Virus record (IMG/VR): IMGVR_UViG_3300025853_000048
Coordinates: 25,450 to 89,449 of that record
Source of the DNA: a virus
DNA length: 64,000 nt
Strand: one strand, 5' to 3'
Shown here: positions 15,001 to 20,887 of the stretch, piece after piece
Layout: each line of letters starts with the position of its first letter
Position numbering within the stretch: the first letter of the stretch is position 1
Position numbers and translations under genes: made by a program
The notes under the pieces: generated by a model
Database searches by the model: none
What the model saw: the letters and a program-made list of their open reading frames with translations, nothing else
Told to the model about the DNA's origin: nothing

Positions 15001-18000
15001 TCCACAACCGCCTTTTTGCCTTCGATGTCGTCCTCTGCCTTGCCCTGGTATTCCTGCAAGAGTTTATCGATCTCTGCTTCTGCGTCCCGGGAACCGTAAG
15101 AAGCAATATCGCCAACCAGTCTTTGCGCGGCTTCGATTTCCTCCTGCTGGATAAATTCATCGGGTTCCACATACTCATTGATCCGGTCAAACACATCTCC
15201 CGGGTCGCCCGACAATTCGCTTTTAAGCTGCTCTCCGGAAAGCATGGCCTGCTTGACCATTTCAGCAATGCTTCTTGCTCGCTCATTGATTTGTTGTTCA
15301 CGAATTTGCGGAGCATCCCCGATGATGCTGCTAATCCCGGACAATCCAGCAGCCCCGGAACCAATGGCACCACCAATCCCGGCACCCATCCATACCCCGT
15401 CGATGACTTGATCCCAATTAACTCTTCCGTCATCCATGAATCCCTGGATGGCCTCTTCTTTTCCTTCATCAAAGCCTTCCTCGATTATTTCAGGGAAACC
15501 ATGCTTGGCGAATCCTTCGGCTGCTGAATCCCAAAACTCCGGTGACCGAACATAGTTAAGAAATTTGGCATCCACATCCGGGTTGTTTTTCGCCCATTTG
15601 GCAAATGCTGGCATATCCAAGTCGCCAGCCTTGCGCTTGAATTTATTCAGGACGGCCAGTTCACCAGTCGCTCCAAATGCGCCAACAATGGCCGATGAAG
15701 TCAACCCTTGTACTACTCCAACCCCAACCGCATGATCCAGCGCATCCGCGTGGGACATCCCTTTTTCAATGCCCTGCTTGTAGCTTCGACTCACGGCAAT
15801 ACCGAAACTTGCCGATCCCGCTTCACCCATTGCTGTCGCAAAACCAGACCTGGCTGCCCATTTCGAAACTTGTTTCTCAATCTGTTCTTCGGCGGCATCT
15901 TTGCCTATCTTCTTGGTCAGTTCGCTGCCTATCTTTTTCTTGAGTACTTTTTTCCCAACGGAACTTACCGCTGTGGCTGCACCCAATGAAAAAATCATGG
16001 AGGGGAGTTCTGAAAACACTTCTGAGACAAATTCGTTGGCCACTTGTGATACACCACCTCCGATTGCCCCTGACTGGACAAGTGCAGAAAATTCTTCACT
16101 TGTTTCGTTTGCTCCCGTTAACCACTCCTCTTTGCCTGTGATACCCCCGGCAACCCCTCTCAGGATCATTTCGAATTCGCCCACAGCACTGCCAGCAGCA
16201 GCGAGAACCCATTGGATGGCTTTCTCTGAAAGGTTCTGCTGATCCAGGTAGGCTTCAATCAATTCTGCCTCGCTCTCGTGCGGGTTATTCTGCTCGAATT
16301 TAAGGAAACCTGTCAACCCTATGGGAACATCTGTGTTGACGCCCCGTACGGAGATTTTGCGTAAAGCTTCTGCCACCTTGGGTGCTGAAATGTTTCGAGC
16401 GTGTTCAAATTCTGCCTTTGCTTGCTCTATCTTCTCAGGGTCATCAGTAAGCTTGGATAACTCGGCATCTAGGGCAGGGGTATCGAAAAGGTTTAACGAT
16501 CCCACATTTAGTTGCAAATTTCCCGATTGCAGTTCCCGGACCTTCTGCCCCGGCAACCATCCGGAATGCCTTTCTTGCAAATCGCGAACGATGCGATCTT
16601 TCTGAGTTCTGGGGATGTTGTATTTCTCAGCTAGTTCTTCCGCGTGCTTGATCCGCAGTTCGTGCCGTTTACGGGCTTTTTCCTGCTCTTTCTCATCATC
16701 CCGGGGTTTAAAGTTATCAACCAGTGCTTTTGCCGTCCGCTTGACTTCCTCCTGCCAGTCTTTAGCTTCCTTTTGGTCGTAATTGCCTTCCGTTTCTCTA
16801 AATTTCTTGTAGAGATCCTTGGTGAAATCCTGCTGGTTGGAGATTGATTTTTGGAATCTTTCCCAATCTTTCTTGCTGGAAAGCTTACGCCGCTCATCCA
16901 GTTTTGATTGCTCGGCTTTGGTTTGCTTGTCAAACTTGGTTAGCTTTTCGTTTGCCTGCTTCTGTCTTGCCTTGAGCTCTTCCTGCTTCTGGAGTTGGAA
17001 ATCGCGAATCATCGCGTTCTTTTTATCCAGGTCTGCCTGATCTGTGGCTTTGCCTAAAGAATCGGCAAATTCGGAGACTTCCTTTTTTGCTTCGGCCCCG
17101 AAAGCTTCCAACTCCTCGTTGACTGTTTTCAGCATAGCTTCCCGCTTGCTGTTCCGACCAAGGGCGAATTCGTTAATATTCTTCAGGTTCTCATCCTGCT
17201 GAATATACATTTCCCGCAAATCGTCAGCCAGGTTGCTGGATAAAGGATCTTTTCTCAGATTGGCAATCGCCTTGTCTCGTTGCTCCTCAACCTGATCAAT
17301 TTTGAGTTGTTCTTTGGTCTTCGATCTACGCTCATTTTGCGCCTTGATCTCGCCTTTCTCCCGCTCGAGTCTCGCTTTGTTGCGCTCGATCTGGGCAGTT
17401 ACTTTCTGCCGCTTCGCCGCCAGTTGTGCATTTTCAGCATCCAGTTGTGCCGCCGATCTGCGCTTGACAGCAGTTTCACGCTCCTCTTTTTCCAGTGCCG
17501 CCAACTCAGCCTCCGCAGCTTCGTTTACTGCTGCCTCCCGCTCTCGCAAGTCGGCCATCCTGGCGGCAGTTTCAGCCCTTCCCGCTTTCTCTATTTCCTT
17601 GCGGTCGGTTTCGGTTGTGGCGCCATCCCGGCGAGTACGGAAAATATCGTCCTCAATCTCCCAGGCTTCTCCCTTTAGTTTCTGGTAACTGGGCTTTAAT
17701 TTACGATACGCTTCCAGCTTTTCCTTTAGTCGGATGACATCCGGGGTGTATTCCTCAGGAGTCCACTCGCCATAGCCTTCATCTTGCCATTCCGCTTCGG
17801 AGTTTTCGTGATCATCCTCATCGTAGACAACCCCAAACTCATTGTACCCGAGTCGTTCAAGTTTGGTCGCCACTTCATCCTTGCGTAGGCGCAACTCCTC
17901 CAACGACGCCTTGCTGGCTTCCTCGGCCTTTTTCCGCTGCTCTTCCTGGGCTTTTTCTGCCTCTAGTTTCTTCCATTCCTTGTCAGTATGTAACCACCTG

Positions 18001-18473
18001 GAGACTCCATCCACGTCCTTATAGGTTTCGCGCCCGATCTTCTTTGCCTTGCGCTCAAATTCAATGTTGTAGTGGTCTTTCTCGCGCTTCGCCTTTGCTT
18101 TGGCTTCATCTTCTGCAGCTTTGCGTTTGGCTTCCTCTGCCTTTGTTTTAGCCGCCTGTTTTGACGCCTGTTCGCGCTTCTTGTCTTCCTGCTGCTTGTA
18201 CCATAGCGAATCATCTGCTGCGTCCTGGCGCTGTTCTCGCGCTATCTCATCCTGGTAACCGCTCCTGACAAATGAGTTTTGCAGGTCGGAATAGCGAAAC
18301 GGCATCCCGGAGGCTGCTTTGCCGCTCGGTCTGGTCGTAGAGTTTCCGAACAGGGGTTTATGCCCCGTCGTGGATGCTGGTTGGATCGGCTCGGTATCAG
18401 GTTGAGATTGCTGATCAAATTTGTCGTCATTGATCAGTCGTTTCTTCGGCTTGTCGTCGTAGTCGTTGCCCAT
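1..18473 (-). CDS. Giant polyvalent protein (>6,157 aa, 3' end beyond window); probable virion-injected/ejection protein
   Basis: ATG at 18473 (MGNDYDDKPKKRLINDD...). The same frame is still open at position 3 (...PDKQREQDRKRKDQNSNKT). The track lists no long minus ORF here, consistent with no in-frame stop. Coiled-coil N-terminus followed by many polyvalent-protein domains. Confidence 0.93.
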   Translation of the reverse strand, partial: MGNDYDDKPKKRLINDDKFDQQSQPDTEPIQPASTTGHKPLFGNSTTRPSGKAASGMPFRYSDLQNSFVRSGYQDEIAREQRQDAADDSLWYKQQEDKKREQASKQAAKTKAEEAKRKAAEDEAKAKAKREKDHYNIEFERKAKKIGRETYKDVDGVSRWLHTDKEWKKLEAEKAQEEQRKKAEEASKASLEELRLRKDEVATKLERLGYNEFGVVYDEDDHENSEAEWQDEGYGEWTPEEYTPDVIRLKEKLEAYRKLKPSYQKLKGEAWEIEDDIFRTRRDGATTETDRKEIEKAGRAETAARMADLREREAAVNEAAEAELAALEKEERETAVKRRSAAQLDAENAQLAAKRQKVTAQIERNKARLEREKGEIKAQNERRSKTKEQLKIDQVEEQRDKAIANLRKDPLSSNLADDLREMYIQQDENLKNINEFALGRNSKREAMLKTVNEELEAFGAEAKKEVSEFADSLGKATDQADLDKKNAMIRDFQLQKQEELKARQKQANEKLTKFDKQTKAEQSKLDERRKLSSKKDWERFQKSISNQQDFTKDLYKKFRETEGNYDQKEAKDWQEEVKRTAKALVDNFKPRDDEKEQEKARKRHELRIKHAEELAEKYNIPRTQKDRIVRDLQERHSGWLPGQKVRELQSGNLQLNVGSLNLFDTPALDAELSKLTDDPEKIEQAKAEFEHARNISAPKVAEALRKISVRGVNTDVPIGLTGFLKFEQNNPHESEAELIEAYLDQQNLSEKAIQWVLAAAGSAVGEFEMILRGVAGGITGKEEWLTGANETSEEFSALVQSGAIGGGVSQVANEFVSEVFSELPSMIFSLGAATAVSSVGKKVLKKKIGSELTKKIGKDAAEEQIEKQVSKWAARSGFATAMGEAGSASFGIAVSRSYKQGIEKGMSHADALDHAVGVGVVQGLTSSAIVGAFGATGELAVLNKFKRKAGDLDMPAFAKWAKNNPDVDAKFLNYVRSPEFWDSAAEGFAKHGFPEIIEEGFDEGKEEAIQGFMDDGRVNWDQVIDGVWMGAGIGGAIGSGAAGLSGISSIIGDAPQIREQQINERARSIAEMVKQAMLSGEQLKSELSGDPGDVFDRINEYVEPDEFIQQEEIEAAQRLVGDIASYGSRDAEAEIDKLLQEYQGKAEDDIEGKKAVVERIEEIEADRLTQIRQSVKMAAGFSAEIEGAINAAKDAATEAKQAEEADPEGNAGAYKRAMANYIATLQAAAAVRIGADNKAVNLDHPALKSPVGHLNSPVYEIVDSPEGPVPVITEEAHDQAKAIFPEAAEAFLTMDYETAKAKFSAPAEQEVEAEPETDPKSTEEEEKTVADSTLEQDADDANSSIASPEEVSTGGESLSSDGGGDYWSVSSLTGDQTFTVPTSIASSSKEALRKVAPQIPGDETINPYDYDITLVRADQVAAPAKKKPKAKKPKTPAPQKDETLSSIKKINRAIGNQSAMLDTLKASGVRVIVAQNKAHGEALLGRSLSRKGTGVTVTDSDGNPAIVIFEDQNKRRSVAQIERTIFHEGVHAAQRVFAADNPELIDAASKAFDPRSPQYDKVLHGLMLKEYNGFDGLTPAKKVSEATRAIIEGKFNGRTSSPHFRRYLKKFLNWIYNNLDENPALRELTDGIESVIKPKRKEPTERKRPKQKQAYPKPKGNKVPDPLPEKRDYIVPNDQGTDDLAVAIDEIPPTYQKKAEKVAEVIELEVAKYGERAFPGGIVYGPIEEIQQVGLEEVASGTAMSVRKLPNGDVALKVDLGWLARSGYSQERIAVLLSEELIHQAALEELSIREAKELWRALPEDIKREVERSYFISRLKGVPKQYREDALEAVEIIDQEVARSESLDISDEFIDQVAKGTPEIITYLKQYLGHEPVDRFSSLKKGDFLGAHEFHRMIIQDKEFAGRVTEIEGIEYMMPVIIRWLKQVAQNLSRMITEIKDPETKAMAIDQRKRIVKRLNQMRQAAGPDLDAKTPSLAENIEIHAAKGAKPKFPKGISSASMFDALLNLAGDTDRPAGKRYLSFLTNTTKERPEAYARLNEAGEYEITEAGQKVVDEWKGEESGSKAPSTKKPKSKQVPITPETFAKNITFLQESFDGKADDDQLFDAYKRNYSTHLVGNRQDFQRRLDEMRNPEVVEEAQVDDKTAEFRTAVANAKAKMREMDKSKTVPKAVMKSMRASFNSLIKTVFADEAKGITGRSINHIDASTAEVQRKFFIQLQTAYRHAENDETRELINEMFRDAGFIEIGAEGEVVSADPGLHAGESNVVRGEKVRVIRPGWNMHDGVGEFQPMKAIVEPVEAATTAGKKGVVAETVPPTTTGIAKASSQAESSYTPPRNLGKKEVSDQDKRETARKKLQEQAGGKTPQTADLNDPKSVNAAVREMVTFLETGDRENDAALGMVTAHFLNNVASLKPNRQKAVFQRLKRMTDKKEGVLTQYAGETAAIPEVMQDTLETAKAMAAAGKSAKEIRAVTGWFPGRYDGKMRWEIPDKGASFKDGVSDSATVYNVVDSRGNEVSGYDDQAGADAEVTKLNKLDSGYTVRPVQSDYTRATFVSDILDHPELYEAYPDVGNVDLIITIGPDVKDEGGEFQPYENRESEGLFDLQPQITVRAKNKEDALSTLIHEIQHWIQEEEGFAKGGNFQNNIRNYKETVDDLNRYVMYLNEEMSLASKEGNKERYDYLMGERSEYVARIQEIEGPDGIGAAEKGFADYQRTAGEIEARDTQGRLTYDAKVRALVEPYDIENIAKEEAIILFSKDEHGDPQGFYDRSQNLIGLIQGKANESTIMHEVAHMSRELLKGTDLGSELNAAYGIATDEWTDDQEEVFARHVERYMRDGDFPDGLPDRLKAALAKVAEVIRGIYAQLAGSPIHNDIPAEVRKVLDEIMLLGEEKATAPEPKPDLEVQPGMTGRERAELLEPQLPEDPDMEWIATSGLKHGSRTITKIGWNPVTGAMRVVYESDRNQTYSYVNIPPTLMQNLRQKQANRNEAIERRNAILAELDPTTRAKAEDTLKGVEKSIWDSVKNLPIIAEAKAKLDSIMDKMANLFRRNKTSPEELKRQAKNNIKALEEEYHHQISKPDLVGRLHKALDFLPEDMRQQLIIEEVAIIQSNSIGSYFYDAVSRTDAYYDENWMNQRKAAGRDFQPDIEGMPAREAEVLIDYLSSLDATPRDKGAIEDALKKQRPGEKASQLTYLLDMIDQGYVPTDEKGKTRLALPGESKQIAQAKRNLNKAPAALAEYLTGGKQAAPTPKPKTDANPDDFASGDLDLDTLSKPKRKKAKAKDASSTAGTITDTLSKKKFTPKQQQEYERISAGLTELSRKLGLAKTDDEINALTDLAGALIAGAQKLRKEAGLSEAEFSIEALAQVPDKVRKARGRDTLKQVDEERDREYLAAVEAGDLNTVERLIDEAAKEAGYNIGPAYHGTSHAENIEVFNDFSYFTDDWWNADGYASGERVYDVYLKMETPLVIDAKGEKWDELSSEHGSSTQDVVRNFDDTKYDGIIFEDIGDSWMDDAEAGSSTVYVTTNPNQIKSADPVTYDKDGEVIPLSQRFDSDKDSILYQFAGENAEVPQFMADSLETAKAMAAAGRDSETIRAATGWFPGKYDGKMRWEIPDEGAKIYDEVLDLLKNGDTEEVELRDLLDHTALFEAYPEIGKIPVSLKDGIDAVYINIGGKERISIGAQGRGLSSLLHEIQHAIQHREGFARGSSPLEHRQGMQMADEDFDRLNKEVSRKFMVTKYFESAEENGTTPVEELRKRHELRIKHAEELAEKYKRRSAAQLDAENAQLAAKKYSRLADREIDPRELELTEMMSDIDEAREWYQHEKEKYEKEREKRIFAPDRDYRRTAGEIEARDVQSRANLTAEQRAAIAPYSSENIAPEDAILLQRGGKGRAIKGFYRRADNLIGLIEGKADAITLLHEIIHLDRELLKGTEIGNRLNEFYGEATDDWSPESEEKFAEHAEEYFRRGKFPQGASDKIKEAFRVVKEIARNLYAHLKGELPNEIRDIFDEIIIAGSGDHMERRSVNDIKAGNSKEYVAERDKARAATTRERQKKAKSEDQQRAERHAEAIERDKQEAPRRKKLAGLRRKYAKAKTSEMKLELIEQAEQAGFSKSDIDDNYDPSQGTYSVVDKDLDELRQKFKPINVYTGLLKGKDDEVLQRLVHEGEESLDEADKQYLIDEGFAVYEGGETQESFPTENGIADYPNRPAVDAEIAKVATRLSDNPGSMVSLGELVPIVMDQGFSKREVEDGLYRIYQRGEGNLTLHDQQSYISDSEREFALKLGVDDMHLFAIGRRAKKPSDKELRQYEEFHRKVDGRNIPMGPATNEEPGTKNEERGSLLPLDWQGKPLAQDPQDTTEKTVDIRHAEELKKWINGEDLSPEEYDQLLDLRILVVDMGDADTPSQLQRSKEGEADGLMINPALEKFILGDRSQETMEVVSNELKLLKTGYSIHAAKTGKSERPDGLNAAQVRAMMAIGEGKKGHPGSAKVLANNGIIYKKKFEKDGTQELTAEGRKKFEAQKRALEGEPPKAETRKPKAKKKVAEEKPDTLTKSKRTTDSAGNTKLIAWDKHSQSDEQWKRGVEYAEKQLPEWKNTARTTGVGSHYVEGLNRDLDKVNSMLNMVREKVRNFSSSANVRPNKNLFFWVGVKDYLDNVESKLLADISAESERYNALPVESQRIEDAVQFWEEKERRDGKSYQDKINEIKGETGKDFEDAEEKRLGEGAAIFAKSAPGKKLELWSDNPRKALPKSASEVAHRKRLGDLFSITSRYNELKTDKAKSELLKKTGGWLSIYEVEAAIESYKDRLVNITGVDLSEDSKRHPGPHPGVTKYPNVGEVIYYDPTGSSIFRSVEVTNDLGNGIFSGTIVEPGPKELIGQIVEMDLSEVAVQTPKKKTAAKKTDPIALAEQAIETYAGSLKLQKEAGRIADLSHQEASKDEGLKGAFFSRVAEVMFALRRTQVGDVVSVRNDKDRVIEELLGYSEASIGKEGVEAQDFISKVFMVDKGQKREADWDDVNAPNKLAPITEEQVQRLEEFAQTKSKKTAKAGKHPGNTGVFDLDESVFEEEGSIKLSEDGFRASIRDEKDVEVGYVTAGEYEGKVRIHKSTLQGIHQGKKLGIKAYQAIIDKAHEDGKDVMSDNYVSEPAYRVYEALSRRGYDVDLSNAQKGTKSGRTVYTPINYKKPAVTVRKPNTGQKSPADGAKSPDVADIDGTISTGTPNGAKATFRYRVVDATDLDGMIEAEINADQTRQRSGNRSSMEQIERIASSIDPDFLLDSRKANDGAPVVSGGSVIAGNGRSSGIRLAYERGNAMAYETAVRDFAQEEGINLAGVKQPVLIREVIEFTSGDQRSFVVESNPKQGGLGESVSEQALLDAEAIGYSTLSGLRFNVNNQLTADSLRAVATKLEQSARGITRTQSGEFDQAEASRRVMAAFVTRLVEKAGKDSADVTAILESDGGKRIVSAVAKVAPELAKLDDDLSLAGDVVEAILSLRSGMHAVEQGNFRNLSDWLTNRKAELVSEPLSEIGQLLLDDLVTSTKLKKDRSSNEFPFDETLREYLTFAQREQKNRDDASQTEDIFNDERQDQSPETYFAKINRIAGFPETGAAEKTLAESTKEGEEGELSQQSPFQKLSDDFDAIEAEIKIAVSRSKAITNEQRKEARKKLVTLSKQMLTKTVPDAIRELETLGTEEAAKLEEELFLNAAELTASAVGLIPGPVGMVADAIGTGIDIKQRDPVGALLGIASAFELDLIAKPVKFKRGLEAMSETIKALKSMKTSLDSVENVKTIVAATRKDKTNQTEINDNADMFQVAGVEEDFSLVGEQTVETEFEAPDTRTDAEKDAEVGQEQLFDEKPKTKKQIFEDRKKALDAAFLSGRQKFLDAVTTDEQRQEEIDIIQNETKRQSGLIAKSDIDLDLAVAVVETYGEKGWDTPLFVLGLKNTPRNKQYWTAGVQRVSEPYDKGEYFEEIGFDPTQSIQSQVGLPESAGKTMWVDLKRQRGREGFGLKWGKTEMVEIKGMPQNARIAEPNNSFWEAWRTDKAGMKSQGYHVRKENGEWQVLDTSVTENISVKDAVGRDIPAVDYFKDGRKRVYEVRERKGSKFVNVLIGSIGDNPTTEWVPMLPNAEIEVFKPGMTPDKQREQDRKRKDQNSNKT
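2080..2820 (-). other. ddrB-like ParB domain within giant protein
   Basis: ATFRYRVVDATDL...QTRQR...MEQIERIASSIDPDFLLDSRKANDGAPVV...VIAGNGR...PVLIREV matches the ddrB-ParB motif pattern. Confidence 0.8.
2990..3240 (-). other. GNAT-like acetyltransferase domain within giant protein
   Basis: VGYVTAGEYEGKVRIHKSTLQGIHQGKKLGIKAYQAIIDKAHEDG...SD..VSEPAYRVYEAL resembles the GNAT acetyl-CoA-binding loop and C-terminal helix. Confidence 0.6.
7098..7205. repeat. 108-bp fusion of two exact repeats (copies of 17412-17466 and 16618-16673)
   Basis: 7098-7152 is identical to 17412-17466 (55 bp) and 7150-7205 is identical to 16618-16673 (56 bp). The two overlap at TTG and are in the same reading frame. Confidence 0.9.
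7340..7780 (-). other. LPD23 + HEIQH metallopeptidase-like module (copy 2) within giant protein
   Basis: AATGWFPGKYDGKMRWEIPDEG ... LLHEIQHAIQHREGFARG. Confidence 0.8.
7790..8300 (-). other. ADP-ribosyltransferase (ART-PolyVal) domain within giant protein
   Basis: AYHGT...FSYFTDD...YA...VYDVYLKMETP...YDGIIF...NPNQIKSADPVTYDKDGEVIPLSQRF. Confidence 0.75.
10540..11160 (-). other. LPD23 + HEIQH metallopeptidase-like module (copy 1) within giant protein
   Basis: AVTGWFPGRYDGKMRWEIPDKG...LDHPELYEAYPD...TLIHEIQHWIQEEEGFAKG. Confidence 0.8.
11580..11800 (-). other. GrpE-like beta domain within giant protein
   Basis: GFIEIGAEGEVVSADPGLHAGESNVVRGEKVRVIRPGW...MKAIVE resembles the GrpE C-terminal GE.FDP..H...V...G pattern. 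Confidence 0.5.
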
Positions 18474-18596
18474 GGCTTGATTTCAGTGAATGGAAAATAG
18501 CGAAATACTCCGATCAAATTTTGACCGGAGTATTTCTGAGGGGAGTTATGTGGGGAAATTGGAAATGTTTAGTGCGGTGAAAGGTGGAGCTCCGTG

Positions 18597-18800
18597 TCAA
18601 ATTTCGTCGTCAGAGATTATCAGTTTGGGATCCCTGATCAAAGTTCGTCGGTTCTTGGCTTTCTTCTTGGCCATCGCTTTCTTTTTGCGCTTCTTCAGCG
18701 GCATTGGCAGCGGCAGGCCGAGGCGGGAAAAATGCTTCGGCATGAACTCCGGGTCGTTATCCCGGAGAGTGACAGCGTTGGTTCCTGTGTGGTTATCCAT
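18597..18800 (-). CDS. Small basic hypothetical protein
   Basis: 67-aa ORF starting 3 nt after the upstream stop; Lys-rich. Confidence 0.55.
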   Translation of the reverse strand: MDNHTGTNAVTLRDNDPEFMPKHFSRLGLPLPMPLKKRKKKAMAKKKAKNRRTLIRDPKLIISDDEI

Positions 18801-18803
18801 AAC

Positions 18804-19679
18804 TTACAGTTTTGCGAAAAGATCCCTCCGGGCGTTTACCTTCTTCTGTGATTTAGGCGCATCTTTCTGACGTGAATCCATGGTCGAATCCCACACGCTG
18901 GAGAAGCGGTTTTCTGCGGTCGCGTAGTCTTTCTTTTTCTGGGCTTTCGCCTTATCGCGTTCAGCGATCTTTTTATATTCAGCGTCAATCTTGGCTTGCG
19001 TGCCGGCACTTACTCCGGACCGCTTGGCTAATACCCCCTGGTTGCCTTTTTTACCTGTGTCGGCGTCTCCAGGAGTTTCCATGAAACCTTCCTTTTTACC
19101 TGGCGGCAGGTCTTCGGGCTTTTCTTTCCCGGGTTGCGGTTTAGCGGCCTGACCGGCTGCTGGTAAACCCAGCCTGCCATTGTTGTCCTGCATCTCGCGA
19201 TTGGATCGCACATCCAGCATGTTGGCTCGATTCTCGTATTTCTTGCGAACCGAGTCATGCAGGTTTGCGTACATGCTCCGGGCCTTCTCCTCTGCCTGTC
19301 CCTGGTTCAACCCTTTAAATGGGCCTTCCCGGTAGATGAATCCAGGCTTCTTACTGCCGCCTTTCATCCGCGGGGTTCCGCTCAACGCCAATCCACGGGA
19401 AAGGAACGCCTCAAACCCGCCCGCACGGCGGTTTTGGGATGGTGGAATCAGCGGTTTTGCTGCCGCTGGCTTATCTGCCGCTGGCTTATCTGCCGCTGGC
19501 TTATCTGCAACGGCGGCTTGCTGACCCTGGCCTGTCGGCGCGTTCTGGCTCATAGGCTTCGGGGCTTGCGGCGATCTGCCAGACGACATGATCGAAAAGC
19601 TGGTGCCGCCTTTGGGTTCTGAAATGCCCGATGCGGCCATTTCCTCAGGAGTCATTTTCTTTTTAGGGAGTTGATACAT
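18804..19679 (-). CDS. Hypothetical low-complexity protein (possible internal virion protein)
   Basis: 291-aa ORF, co-oriented upstream of the giant gene; contains (PAADK)3. Confidence 0.75.
   Translation of the reverse strand: MYQLPKKKMTPEEMAASGISEPKGGTSFSIMSSGRSPQAPKPMSQNAPTGQGQQAAVADKPAADKPAADKPAAAKPLIPPSQNRRAGGFEAFLSRGLALSGTPRMKGGSKKPGFIYREGPFKGLNQGQAEEKARSMYANLHDSVRKKYENRANMLDVRSNREMQDNNGRLGLPAAGQAAKPQPGKEKPEDLPPGKKEGFMETPGDADTGKKGNQGVLAKRSGVSAGTQAKIDAEYKKIAERDKAKAQKKKDYATAENRFSSVWDSTMDSRQKDAPKSQKKVNARRDLFAKL
19461..19508. repeat. 15-bp tandem repeat x3 (TGCCGCTGGCTTATC), encodes ADKPA
   Basis: Three exact in-frame units. Confidence 0.9.
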
Positions 19680-19697
19680 AGTGGATGGGAGTAAAAT

Positions 19698-20087
19698 CTA
19701 ACTTGCCGGGGCCAGTGATCCGCCGTTTTCCAGGGTTTCGCGGATATGAGCCATCAACGCGTCTGCCTGTCGGCGACCCATAGCACTCATCGATGCAATC
19801 TTCGCCCGGAGCTCCTGGATACGTGCTACACGGTTCTGCTGTTCGCTCCGATTGCGTTCCAGGGCTTCCTGATCCCGCATGATGGCGTGGACCTGCTCCT
19901 GATTCTCGAGACGGGCAATCCGCTCTTGGTTGATTCGGATTTCCCAGGCCATCTTCCGCTTATTGAACTTCGGCGGACCTTTGATAAACTTACTCCGAGT
20001 GGAGTAAGAATCAGTGTGGCGGATATGGAGCTTCTTCGCCTTTCGGCGGGCTTTATGACGGGCGCGGTATTGTTGGCTTTTCGACAT
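19698..20087 (-). CDS. Basic coiled-coil hypothetical protein
   Basis: 129-aa ORF in operon spacing. Confidence 0.7.
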   Translation of the reverse strand: MSKSQQYRARHKARRKAKKLHIRHTDSYSTRSKFIKGPPKFNKRKMAWEIRINQERIARLENQEQVHAIMRDQEALERNRSEQQNRVARIQELRAKIASMSAMGRRQADALMAHIRETLENGGSLAPAS

Positions 20088-20320
20088 ACAACCGCTTTTT
20101 AGAGCGAGTTAGCCGAATAATCAAAACCGTGGCAACAGGTGGTTCAATATGAGAGAGTTAAATATTGCCCCCTTTGATTTTTGAAAGCAATAATGGAGGA
20201 TTTGATATACCTACCTACCTATCATGATGGCTTGATCTATGCCTATGCCGCTAGTTTGAAAACAATTTCACTTCCTCGCCGTTGAAGATGTAAATTCCCT
20301 TCTCCGGCATCACTTTCTCA

Positions 20321-20887
20321 TTAATTCGCGAATCCTTCGGTTGCTCTATGCCCGCACCTTGCGTAACACTTTCGGACGTTCTCCCACGCTTCCCTGTCGC
20401 AATCCATACCCAGAGGGCGGAAACTGGAATCTCCTCTTTCTCTCTGATCGTCATCATGATTGAATGCTGCCTCCAATTCCTTTTCGATCAATGCTTGTGT
20501 GTTGGGGTTTATTTGATCCCAGTTTTCTGCCAGGGTTTCAGCGAACAGGATGGTCGAACCCGTCATGCGTCCAAGATAGTAGCGGAACGAACAAAAGATC
20601 AGGTCATTGATATCCCAGCACTTCTTCTGAGGATTATCGTGTGATCTCAGGATGGCTATTGCCTCATTCTCTGATAAACCATTCTGATCGAGGTAAACTC
20701 TTAGCAAATCAGCGAACTCGACTTGTTGGTACCGCTTGAGTCTGGCTCGGTCGGGTTGCGTGTCTAGCCAACTGGCTGAAACAGCGTAGCACCAGGCCAA
20801 CGTGGTTGTAAGTTCTGATTGATCGAGTGCTGATACCCTCTTTGATTCCTCGGTAAGAAGATCGATCGCTGACTTTGACTTGCTCAT
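20321..20887 (-). CDS. Hypothetical protein carrying shared DLL..YLD..GLSE.EAIAILR motif
   Basis: 188-aa ORF, TAATG-coupled to the upstream gene. Confidence 0.75.
   Translation of the reverse strand: MSKSKSAIDLLTEESKRVSALDQSELTTTLAWCYAVSASWLDTQPDRARLKRYQQVEFADLLRVYLDQNGLSENEAIAILRSHDNPQKKCWDINDLIFCSFRYYLGRMTGSTILFAETLAENWDQINPNTQALIEKELEAAFNHDDDQRERGDSSFRPLGMDCDREAWENVRKCYARCGHRATEGFAN

Noticed and set aside
7098-17466. Diversity-generating retroelement TR/VR pair
   Set aside because: The copies are identical, with no adenine-specific mismatches, and no reverse transcriptase is in the window.
1-18473. Stop-codon reassignment to explain the apparent 18-kb coding gap
   Set aside because: The gap is explained by one ORF running off the edge, and other genes end normally at TAA, TAG and TGA.
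753-18500. Many + strand ORFs (e.g. 775-1593, 10650-11696, 14715-15527) and short off-frame minus ORFs
   Set aside because: Shadows of the giant minus-strand gene, with Ser/Leu/Phe-rich antisense composition and no motifs.
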